Position numbers and translations under genes: made by a program. From Terriglobia bacterium (GTDB lineage: Bacteria > Acidobacteriota > Terriglobia > 20CM-2-55-15), in NCBI GenBank assembly GCA_965198225.1, contig CBDAOY010000007.1:896001-960000 (forward strand): a stretch of DNA of 64,000 nt, read 5' to 3'. The notes below the pieces were generated by a model, which made no database searches, was not told the DNA's origin, and saw only the letters and a program-made list of their open reading frames with translations. Below are positions 27,851-36,598 of the stretch, one piece after another (positions within the stretch are counted from its first letter, which is position 1; every line of letters starts with the position of its first letter).

Positions 27851-29257
27851 ATGACCAAGGATGGTGCGACACTAGCAGTAGACCCCTCTAGCCTGATCGG
27901 CAACCTTTTCGCTTTACTTCCGATCCCTGTAGCTGTGGTGGACGTGCGTGGCGAGATCGTGATGTCGAACTCGACATTCAACGATTTTTTTCCGGAGACG
28001 AAGAACATCAACCGCCTGCCGCGGTATGAGGTTCAAGTGGAAGGACGCGCCACGTTCGATTTCGACACGGTGCCACTGACGGACCAGGGACTGTCGATCT
28101 TTATCGGGCGGGAAACGACGAGCGAGAGACAGCTCCGGCATCAGCTGGTGCACATGGAAAAAATGGGCGCCATCGGCCGACTCGTGACCGGTGTCGCCCA
28201 CGAACTGAACAACCCGCTGGCCGGCATCGTCTGCTACGCACAACTCCTGTCGCGGGGGGATCTGGACCCATCCGCCATTCGCATGGTGGAGGTTCTCCGC
28301 GCTCAGGCCGAACGTGCCGGCAAGATCGTCCAGAATTTTCTGAGCCTGGCCACCAAGACCGAACCGGAAAGGCGTCCTTTCGCCCTGAACGGGCTGATCA
28401 AGAATGTCCTGTCACTGCGCGAGTACGATCACAGCGTTCGCGACATCGTCGTTTCATCGGAGCTTTCGCCCGATCTACCGAACGCGGCCGGAGACAGCGG
28501 CCAGATCGAGCAAGTCCTCCTGAACCTGATCGTCAACGCCGAGGAGGCCGTACAGGAATTGCATGATCGCGTGCCGGAGATTCAGGTTCGAACCGAGGCG
28601 TTGGGCAACAAGATCCGGCTGGAAGTTACAGATAACGGGAGCGGTATCCATTCCCGGGACATGAACCGGATTTTCGACCCGTTCTTTACGACCAAGAATT
28701 CTGCTGACGGCGGCGGCGGAACCGGTTTGGGTTTGAACATCTGCGCCGAAATCGTGAAGGATCACGGTGGCGAGCTCTACGCCTGGAGCAACCACGGTGC
28801 CGGTTCGACCTTTACGATGGAACTCCCCGTGGAACCGGCAGAGATACACGTCGAGGCTCCACCTGAGCGAAGCAACGCCGGGGCACTGGTTCGCGGCAAG
28901 TCGATCATGGTGATCGATGACGAGGTCACGATCACGGAACTGATCGACGATCTTCTCAGTCGCTATGGCGCGAAGGTCGATTTCTTCAACTGCGGTGCTC
29001 AGGCCTTCGACCATCTTTGCGTCAAATCTTACGATGCGATCGTCTGCGACCAGCGGATGCCCGGCGTGAACGGGCAGAGCCTGTATCGCATGGTCGAATC
29101 GCTAGATCCGGAGATGGCACGTCGTTTCCTTTTCGTAACGGGCGACGTCCTCAACGATCGAACGAAACAGTTCTTCGCTCAGACAGGCGCGCGCTACCTG
29201 CGGAAGCCGTTCCGGCTCGATGATCTTCTGCGTGCCATCGAAGGAGTGCTGAAATAG
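27851..29257 (+). CDS. Hybrid sensor histidine kinase with C-terminal receiver
   Basis: AHELNNPL, NLIVNA, FDPFFTTK, GTGLGL and receiver VIDDE...CDQRMP...KP. Confidence 0.93.
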   Translation: MTKDGATLAVDPSSLIGNLFALLPIPVAVVDVRGEIVMSNSTFNDFFPETKNINRLPRYEVQVEGRATFDFDTVPLTDQGLSIFIGRETTSERQLRHQLVHMEKMGAIGRLVTGVAHELNNPLAGIVCYAQLLSRGDLDPSAIRMVEVLRAQAERAGKIVQNFLSLATKTEPERRPFALNGLIKNVLSLREYDHSVRDIVVSSELSPDLPNAAGDSGQIEQVLLNLIVNAEEAVQELHDRVPEIQVRTEALGNKIRLEVTDNGSGIHSRDMNRIFDPFFTTKNSADGGGGTGLGLNICAEIVKDHGGELYAWSNHGAGSTFTMELPVEPAEIHVEAPPERSNAGALVRGKSIMVIDDEVTITELIDDLLSRYGAKVDFFNCGAQAFDHLCVKSYDAIVCDQRMPGVNGQSLYRMVESLDPEMARRFLFVTGDVLNDRTKQFFAQTGARYLRKPFRLDDLLRAIEGVLK

Positions 29258-29685
29258 AACAAAGAGTGTGAGAGCAACAACCTGTGCAACGAGAACTGAG
29301 CGGGCCGGAGGCGACGAGAGCGTCACGGCCCGATTTCTTTTTTGGCTCTTCCGGAAACTTATTGGGTCTAATCGCAAAATCGCGATATTTGAACAATCCA
29401 CATTGCAGGTTGCTCATTGGACATTGCTTCATTTGAAATCGGAGGAGGTCGCCGTCCTGAGTAGGAATTGCGCAGAGGTGCCTACACCGGCTCTCTCGGA
29501 AAACCGCGAACTCTGCTGGATCATCGCGGCGTCCGTCAAAACCTCTCGAAGCTCCGACCAATGACAAATCGAGCAATCTCCAATCTCCAATTTCGAATGC
29601 GGATTTGTCCATTAACCAATTTGCGATAGATTCCTTCTTTTCAACCCACACCCAGTCGAAAATCGGAATTCCTTTTTTGAGGGCG

Positions 29686-30588
29686 TCACTCCCTGGAGAC
29701 CCTGTTGCGCAGCGTTCCGACCCCTTCCAGGTCGATTTCGACGACGTCTCCCGGCTTCATGAACACCGGGGGTTTTCTGGTGAAGCCGACGCCCGCCGGG
29801 GTGCCTGTCGCGATCACGTCGCCCGGCTCCAGCGTGAGGACACGTGAAGCATAAGAGACGAGTTCGGGCACTTTGAAGATGAGGTTCCGCGTGTTGGATT
29901 CCTGCATCGTTACGCCATTCAGGCGGAGGGCAATGGCCAGTCCGTCCCCGTCCGCCAGATCGCTGGTGGTCACCACGCAGGGCCCGATAGGGGCGAATGT
30001 GTCGAAGGTCTTCCCACGAATCCACTGGTTGTCGGAAAACTGAAGATCCCGGGCGGAGACGTCGTTCACGATCGTATAGCCCGCGATGTAGTCGAGAGCT
30101 TCACCGACTGGAATGTGTCGGCCCCGTCGGCCGATCACGACTCCCATCTCCGCCTCGAAGTCGATCTGATCACTCATTTCCGGGATGAGGATGTCCTCCT
30201 CGGGTCCGATGATGGCGTTGGCGAACATTGCGAACAGGAGCGGTTCTTCAGGTTTGGACAGACCCACCTCGTCGGCATGGTCATGGTAGTTCAGACCGAT
30301 GCCGATGATTTTCTGGGGGTTCCGAACAGGAGCACGCAGACGAAGCTCCGACCAGTCCCGTGTCGGCCATGCCTCGGGACGATCGGGTTCGCCGGCAAGG
30401 GCGGCGACACTGTTATCCAGACGAGCCAGCCCTCCTTCCGCCCGCAGCGCGTCTTCGAGCGAGGACGCGTCAGGGAACGGAATAAGGCCGATCGAAATCG
30501 CCCGGGTGACGTCGAGGCACTGGCCCTCAAAGTCACAACCCAGTTGCACTTCCGGCGACCGGGCGTCAGAGAAGTTCATGAATTTCAC
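29686..30588 (-). CDS. Fumarylacetoacetate hydrolase family protein
   Basis: IGLNYHDH, DFEAE, NDVSARD, GKTFDTF and TGTPAGVG motifs. Confidence 0.93.
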   Translation of the reverse strand: MKFMNFSDARSPEVQLGCDFEGQCLDVTRAISIGLIPFPDASSLEDALRAEGGLARLDNSVAALAGEPDRPEAWPTRDWSELRLRAPVRNPQKIIGIGLNYHDHADEVGLSKPEEPLLFAMFANAIIGPEEDILIPEMSDQIDFEAEMGVVIGRRGRHIPVGEALDYIAGYTIVNDVSARDLQFSDNQWIRGKTFDTFAPIGPCVVTTSDLADGDGLAIALRLNGVTMQESNTRNLIFKVPELVSYASRVLTLEPGDVIATGTPAGVGFTRKPPVFMKPGDVVEIDLEGVGTLRNRVSRE

Positions 30589-30665
30589 TCGAGCCTCCTG
30601 TTCATTCTCCTATCCTAGCCGATTCTATTCAGCCACATCGAGAGCCAGAAGTTTAGAGCCATTTT

Positions 30666-30725
30666 CTTAACCGCGGAGGCATGAAGGCACGGAGGTCTTC
30701 TGATTGTGGTGTCTCCGTGGTTAAG
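30666..30725. repeat. Intergenic palindrome, TTAACC(G/A)CGGAG...CTCCGTGGTTAAG family
   Basis: Same architecture as 52348-52426. Confidence 0.7.
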
Positions 30726-30827
30726 TATCTTCCTCGCAGATTCCTGAGCCTGACGGGAGCCAAGTAGGATATTTTTAGGAATTCTGTGCCGCCTGGCGCC
30801 GAAGTTCTGCAGAGGATCCGAACCACG

Positions 30828-31586
30828 ATGAGCGATTACATCGAATTCAGGGGAGTCCACAAAGCCTTCGAGGACAACGTCGTTCTGGACGGCGTGTCGT
30901 TCGCTGTGGAGAGGGGATCAACGTTCGCCATTCTAGGACCGAGTGGAGTAGGGAAGACCGTCCTCCTGACTCACGTCGTTGGTTTCCAGACTCCTGACGT
31001 GGGCCAGGTGCTGGTCGACGGACAGGATGTGACAGCATTGTCGGAACGAAAGCTCGCTCCAATCCGGAAGAAGGTCCAGCTCGTTTTCCAATCGGGGGCG
31101 TTGTTCGATTCGCTCTCCGTCTGGGAAAACGTGGCGTTTCCGCTTCAGGACACCGGCCTTGCCGACGAGGAGATCGAAAGGCGTGTCGCGGAAAAACTGC
31201 AGCTTGTCGAAATTGAGGACATCGCGGAGTTGATGCCGCCAGAACTCAGCACCGGGACTAAGAGGGCCGTCGCCATCGCCCGAGCTCTGGCGGCCGAACC
31301 GGAAGCGATTCTCTACGACGAACCGACGACGATGGTCGATCCTTTACTGTCGCAGACGATCAACGACCTGATCAATAAGATGTCGGATCGTCTTGGGTTG
31401 ACTCAGATGGTCGTGACGCACGACATTGCCAACTGTGCCGAAAAAGTAGCCGATCGCGTCGCGCTCCTGCATCAAGGCAAGTTCGTCTTCATGGGTACGA
31501 TTCACGAGTTGTATGCGTCTGATCACCCCGTCGTGCACGAGTTCGTTGAGGAGGACCACTACAGGGTCGAGGGCCGGCAGGGATGA
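30828..31586 (+). CDS. ABC transporter ATP-binding protein, MlaF/Mkl-like
   Basis: GPSGVGKT, FQSGALFDSL, LYDEPT and VVTHD. Signature motif is the variant LSTGT. Confidence 0.85.
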   Translation: MSDYIEFRGVHKAFEDNVVLDGVSFAVERGSTFAILGPSGVGKTVLLTHVVGFQTPDVGQVLVDGQDVTALSERKLAPIRKKVQLVFQSGALFDSLSVWENVAFPLQDTGLADEEIERRVAEKLQLVEIEDIAELMPPELSTGTKRAVAIARALAAEPEAILYDEPTTMVDPLLSQTINDLINKMSDRLGLTQMVVTHDIANCAEKVADRVALLHQGKFVFMGTIHELYASDHPVVHEFVEEDHYRVEGRQG

Positions 31587-31640
31587 GGGGGCTAGTGGCC
31601 TGTAGGAAGACTACCGACCGCAAGGCGACCGAAGCAGGGC

Positions 31641-32018
31641 ATGTTTGATTTTTTTGACAGAATCGTGGAAGAGAGAATCCTGAAAGCCCAGGAAGAAGGC
31701 AAGTTCGATGAACTTCCGGGCCGCGGCCGGCCCATTCGGTTCGAGCATGACAGCATGGTCCCGGAAGAGGTACGGCTCGCTTACAAAATTCTCAAGGATG
31801 CTGATTTCCTCCCGCCGGAACTGGAACTCCGGAAAGAAATCCTGAGAATCCAGGGCCTCATTCGTGGAGTCGCAGACAACGACGAAAGGTTGCGGCTGAT
31901 CCGCGACGTGAATCGCCGAATCCTCGAGTTGAACATGAGGCGTCGAACTCCCCTGGCGGCCGAAACTGCACAGATTTATGCCGAAGATGTGAGGAAAGGG
32001 TTGGGCGACGCCGGATGA
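31641..32018 (+). CDS. DUF1992 family protein
   Basis: EERILKAQEEGKFDELPGRGRP...AYKILKDADFLPPELE. Confidence 0.9.
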   Translation: MFDFFDRIVEERILKAQEEGKFDELPGRGRPIRFEHDSMVPEEVRLAYKILKDADFLPPELELRKEILRIQGLIRGVADNDERLRLIRDVNRRILELNMRRRTPLAAETAQIYAEDVRKGLGDAG

Positions 32019-32659
32019 GACCGCTGATTATCTTCGATCTCGACGGCACCCTCGTCGACTCAAAACCGGACCTGTGCGCTTCGGTCAACTACGTTCGGCT
32101 GCAGTACGGCCTTTCTCCCCTGCGCGAAGAGGAGATCGCCGGCTTGATCGGCGACGGCGCCTCCGCGCTCATCCGGCGTGCGCTCGAAGATCAGGCCTCG
32201 GAACGCAACATCGAGGATGGTCTGCACATGTTCCTGTGGTACTACCGGGATCACATGCTCGATCAGACCGGACTGTATGATGGGGTGGAGGAGACTCTTC
32301 ACGCGCTCGAAGACTGTGAACTGGCGGTTCTCACCAACAAGCCCTACCGATTCAGCCGCGCAATGCTCGAGGGGCTGGGCGTCGAGCACCATTTTTCGGC
32401 GATCTATGGCGGTAACAGCTTCGAGCAGAAGAAGCCCGATCCTGTAGGCGTGTTTCGCATCCTGTCCGACACGAAGGGTCGTCCGGAATCGACCTGGATG
32501 GTCGGCGATTCCTCGATCGACGTGATGACCGGACGCAACGCGGGCGTGACGACCTGCGGAGTCACTTACGGCTACGCCGCGGAGACGTTTGAAGCCACAC
32601 CTCCCGACTTCCTGATTGACAAAATTGACCAGTTGGAGGATCTAATAAGGCGCCGTTAG
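32015..32659 (+). CDS. HAD-family phosphatase, phosphoglycolate phosphatase-like
   Basis: FDLDGTLVDS, LTNK, KPDP and MVGDS motifs. Confidence 0.9.
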   Translation: MRPLIIFDLDGTLVDSKPDLCASVNYVRLQYGLSPLREEEIAGLIGDGASALIRRALEDQASERNIEDGLHMFLWYYRDHMLDQTGLYDGVEETLHALEDCELAVLTNKPYRFSRAMLEGLGVEHHFSAIYGGNSFEQKKPDPVGVFRILSDTKGRPESTWMVGDSSIDVMTGRNAGVTTCGVTYGYAAETFEATPPDFLIDKIDQLEDLIRRR

Positions 32660-32718
32660 CCTTGGATTTCTCATAAGAAGCACAGGCTGCCGCGTCTCAA
32701 GCGCGAGAAACCCGCTCG

Positions 32719-32789
32719 TGTAGGTGCGCTCTATGAGCGCACAAATGTCCGCGGAACGACAAGTTGTGAGGTCATAGACCGCACCTACA
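32719..32789. repeat. Inverted pair of GTAG-type REPs (BIME/REPIN-like)
   Basis: TGTAGGTGCGCTCTATGAGCGCACA ... TGTGAGGTCATAGACCGCACCTACA. Confidence 0.85.
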
Positions 32790-32833
32790 CCCGGAAGAAG
32801 GGTTAGTGAGAATCGGCGGGTTTAGGGGGTCCC

Positions 32834-34303
32834 TTGCTCGAGGTCCGAAACTACATCCACGGGGAATGGATCGTTCCCGATTCCGGTCGAGCAATCGAGG
32901 TGCGAAACCCTGCCGACAGGGACGATGTCGTGGGAAAAGGCTTTCTCGCGGGGCCAGCGGCAGCGGAGGCTGCTGTTGCGGCAGCGGAGGGAGCTCGTGC
33001 CGGTTGGGCGGCCACACCCGTTCCCAAGCGCGGTGAGATCATCGAACGCGCCGCAGACCTCCTCAAGTCCGCCCAGGATGACCTCGCTCGTCTGCTGACG
33101 CGCGAGGAGGGAAAGACGCTAGCCGATGCGCGCGGCGAGTTGTACCGCGCATACAATGTACTGAACTACGTTGCGGCTGAGTGCCGGCGTCCCGCGGGGA
33201 ATCTGATCCCGTCGGAACTGGAAAGGAACCTCACCTACACAGTAAGGCAACCTCTCGGGGTTGTTGCTCTGATCACCCCCTGGAATTTTCCGGTCGCGAT
33301 TCCGGCGTGGAAGATCGGACCCGCGCTGGCGGCGGGCAACACGGTCGTTTTCAAACCCTCATCGACGACCCCGCTGACCGCAGCAATGCTCGTGGAGATC
33401 TTCGAGCAGGCGGGAACGCCGCCGGGCGTGCTGAACCTGCTCGTCGGATCCAGCTCGGAGATCGGGGATCGCCTCATCGACGACCGGCGTATACGTGGAA
33501 TCTCGTTCACGGGATCGTCTGAGAACGGAACCCGCATCTACACGGCTTGCGCGAATCGGGCAGCCAAGGCGCAGTGTGAGATGGGTGGGAAGAACCCGGT
33601 GCTCGTGCTCGAGGACGCGGATCTCGACCTCGCGGCTGACGGTATCGTCAGCGGCGCGTTCGGTTCGACCGGCCAGCGCTGTACTGCGACCAGTCGCGCT
33701 GTCTTCGAAGAAGCAATCGCCGACGAGATGATCGAGAAGGTCGTCGATCGTGTTTCGGAGTGGAAGATCGGGAACGGGCTCGATCCCGAGGTCCACATGG
33801 GGCCTCTCGTCAGCGAGGCGCAGCTTCGAACTGTCGAGGGGTACATCGACATCGGGCGGAACGAGGGCGCGACGCTGGTCTACGGCGGTGGGCGGGTCGA
33901 AGACGTGCCTGGGTTTTTCATCCAGCCGACCGTATTCGACCGTGTCGAGCGCACCTACCGTATCGCCCAGGAAGAGATCTTCGGCCCGGTTCTCTCGGTG
34001 ACGCGAGTCGGTGACTACGACGAGGGGCTGGCTGCTGTCAACGATTCCCAGTACGGGTTGGCCGGCTCGATCTACTCGGCCGACAACGCCCGGGTCTTCG
34101 ATTTCTGTGAGCGGGCCGAGGTGGGTATGGTCCACGTCAATTCCCCGACTGTCGGCGGCGAAGCTCAGATACCGTTTGGAGGCATCAAAAACTCCGGTAT
34201 CGGAGACCGCGAGCAGGGACCGACGGCGCTGGATTTCTACTCCGATTTGAAGATCGTCTACGTGGACTACACCGGGCGTGCCCGGAAGAGCAAATTCTAC
34301 TGA
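32834..34303 (+). CDS. Aldehyde dehydrogenase (2,5-dioxovalerate dehydrogenase-like)
   Basis: ITPWNFP, FTGS, EMGGKNP, GQRCTA and EEIFGP motifs. Confidence 0.93.
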   Translation: MLEVRNYIHGEWIVPDSGRAIEVRNPADRDDVVGKGFLAGPAAAEAAVAAAEGARAGWAATPVPKRGEIIERAADLLKSAQDDLARLLTREEGKTLADARGELYRAYNVLNYVAAECRRPAGNLIPSELERNLTYTVRQPLGVVALITPWNFPVAIPAWKIGPALAAGNTVVFKPSSTTPLTAAMLVEIFEQAGTPPGVLNLLVGSSSEIGDRLIDDRRIRGISFTGSSENGTRIYTACANRAAKAQCEMGGKNPVLVLEDADLDLAADGIVSGAFGSTGQRCTATSRAVFEEAIADEMIEKVVDRVSEWKIGNGLDPEVHMGPLVSEAQLRTVEGYIDIGRNEGATLVYGGGRVEDVPGFFIQPTVFDRVERTYRIAQEEIFGPVLSVTRVGDYDEGLAAVNDSQYGLAGSIYSADNARVFDFCERAEVGMVHVNSPTVGGEAQIPFGGIKNSGIGDREQGPTALDFYSDLKIVYVDYTGRARKSKFY

Positions 34304-34319
34304 AAGAGGAGAGTTTGAA

Positions 34320-36377
34320 ATGAATGTACGCAGCCATTCCACCTCCGGACGCGGACTGGTAATCGCAATGCTGTTCGTCGCGACCTCCGCGGCCGCTTTG
34401 ATCCAGCCCGTGGTCGCAACCGAGGCCGGTCAGGCCGGTCCGAGCGGGACGGGGCTACCGATAGATGCTCTTGCCGAAACGGTCTGGGTGGAGGAGTTCG
34501 ACGTTTCTCCCGACGGGCGCTTGCTTGCCTACAAGTCCGCGAAGGCCGGCACCTATGACATCTGGGTGGCGCCGATCGCAGGTGGAGAGCCCACTCAGCT
34601 GACGAACTTGAGTGGGCGCGAGATGGCGCCGAAGTTCAGTCCCGACAGCCGCTGGATTGCTTTCGAGGTGGACTTCGGTGGCGTCAATGTGCGTGATCTC
34701 TATATCGTACCCTCCGCCGGCGGCGAGGCCATCCGCTTGACCAAGCATCCGCTCAACGACAGCTCTCCGATGTGGTCTTCCGACAGCAGGAAGATCTACT
34801 TCTCGACCGGTATGTTCTTCGACAGTTCCGTCGCGGTCGTTGACGTCGAGACTCACGAGATCGAACGGGTGCGCTCGGGTGGAGGCGGTCAGAGCCTCTC
34901 GCCGGACGGCACGATGTTCGCTTTTACAGGGAACCGCAGGCCCAACGACGACGCCAATAGCAACCGGGACATCTATGTCGCTCCCGTTGGCGAAGGTGAA
35001 GCCCGTCTGCTGACCCCGGACACCTTCGACGCGCGGGATTCGGCTCCCGTGTGGTCCCCCGACGGGCGGAGCATCGCTTTCATTTCCGACCGCGACGGCT
35101 TCAACAACCTTGGGGTGATCGATGTCCGATCCGGGCAGACGCGAATGCTGCTCACCGAAGAGATCGAACACAGCGAGCCGCGCTGGTCTCCCGACGGGGA
35201 GTGGATCTCGTTCACGAAGAACCTGGACTACCAGTACCACATCTTCAAGATACCCGCCGCGGGTGGAGAAGCGATTCAGTTGACCCAGCGGGGCGGTGTC
35301 AACGGCGGCTCGTCTGCCATGGGCCAGACGCGTGGAGATCACGTGTGGCACCCCGACGGGCAGAGGCTGGTCTTTTACCATTCGGATCCCACGATGACCG
35401 GCGACGTCTGGATCATGTCCGACTCCGGTGACAATGCGCGCCAGATCACCAACCACCAGCCGGCGACGCTGACGGATCCAGATCTCTTCGTCTGGCCGGA
35501 GTTCATGGAATACAAGAGCTTCGACGGACGCGAGGTTGCCGGTCTTGTGTACAAGCCGAAGGGAAGCCAGGCCGGAGACCGCCTGCCCGCGCTGTTTTTC
35601 TTCCGAGCGAACGCCAGCGGCCAGCACCCCGTGCAGTGGCATCCCTACGTCCAGTACTTCGTCAGTCGGGGGTATCTGGTCTTCGCTCCCAACTTCAGAG
35701 GGAGTACGGGCCGTGGGAAGAATTACCGGCAGGCCGTGCACAGGCACGGCGGCGACCACGACCTGCGCGATGCTTTCATCGGGATGGACAAGCTGGCGGC
35801 GGATGGATGGGTCGACCCGGACCGGGTCGGCGCCTTCGGCGGCTCAACTGGTGGTTTCTTCACGACCACGGCGGTGACGAAGGACCCTCAACGGTTTAAG
35901 GCGGGCGTCGTCTGGTACGGATCGACCGATCTGGTAACGCTGTCGACCTATGGTGGGATGGAAGGTTGGAACAAGTTCCTGATCGGGGACACTCCCCTGG
36001 AGAATCCGGAGAACTATTACAGCCGATCCATCATCTATCATGCGGATCGCGTGAAAGTCCCTCTGCTGTTTCTCTACTCCCAGGGTGACTCCGCGGCACG
36101 CTTCCAGCAGATCGAACAGTACGGAATCCAGGCCCTGGTGCACGGAAACTGGTTCGACTGGGTGGTCTATGCGAACGAGCCGCATGGCTGGTACCACTGG
36201 CGACCCGACAGCGTCCGGAACTCACTCGCGATCATGAGCCGGTTGTTCGACAAGTTCATCCTGGGCGTCGAAGGTGACGTGAAGGGTCTGGCTGCCGAGC
36301 AACGTGAGGGCATACGAATCCGCCGAAACCCGACGATCGAACTCTGGAACTCGCTGCGGAACGGCCGCCCCCAGTAG
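34320..36377 (+). CDS. Exported S9 family peptidase with TolB/PD40 propeller
   Basis: Signal peptide, repeated WSPDG, NFRGSTGRG, GGSTGG nucleophile, GD (Asp) and EPHG (His). Confidence 0.88.
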   Translation: MNVRSHSTSGRGLVIAMLFVATSAAALIQPVVATEAGQAGPSGTGLPIDALAETVWVEEFDVSPDGRLLAYKSAKAGTYDIWVAPIAGGEPTQLTNLSGREMAPKFSPDSRWIAFEVDFGGVNVRDLYIVPSAGGEAIRLTKHPLNDSSPMWSSDSRKIYFSTGMFFDSSVAVVDVETHEIERVRSGGGGQSLSPDGTMFAFTGNRRPNDDANSNRDIYVAPVGEGEARLLTPDTFDARDSAPVWSPDGRSIAFISDRDGFNNLGVIDVRSGQTRMLLTEEIEHSEPRWSPDGEWISFTKNLDYQYHIFKIPAAGGEAIQLTQRGGVNGGSSAMGQTRGDHVWHPDGQRLVFYHSDPTMTGDVWIMSDSGDNARQITNHQPATLTDPDLFVWPEFMEYKSFDGREVAGLVYKPKGSQAGDRLPALFFFRANASGQHPVQWHPYVQYFVSRGYLVFAPNFRGSTGRGKNYRQAVHRHGGDHDLRDAFIGMDKLAADGWVDPDRVGAFGGSTGGFFTTTAVTKDPQRFKAGVVWYGSTDLVTLSTYGGMEGWNKFLIGDTPLENPENYYSRSIIYHADRVKVPLLFLYSQGDSAARFQQIEQYGIQALVHGNWFDWVVYANEPHGWYHWRPDSVRNSLAIMSRLFDKFILGVEGDVKGLAAEQREGIRIRRNPTIELWNSLRNGRPQ

Positions 36378-36598
36378 CTCTCGATCGGGTGGCAACGTCC
36401 AGATCTGTTGTCAACGCAAGAGTCGCGGAGACACAGGCAGGGAAAGATTCGGGATGTTTGGGGTACCGGTCAGCTCCGGTCCTTCGCCGGTCGGCGATCT
36501 GCCTCGGCAGGTTCTGAAGCCCACATGTCCGATAATGCGTTACTCAAGCATGTGACTTGCTGATTGACCCCAACTCCTTCCTGTAGTCTTATTTACGG

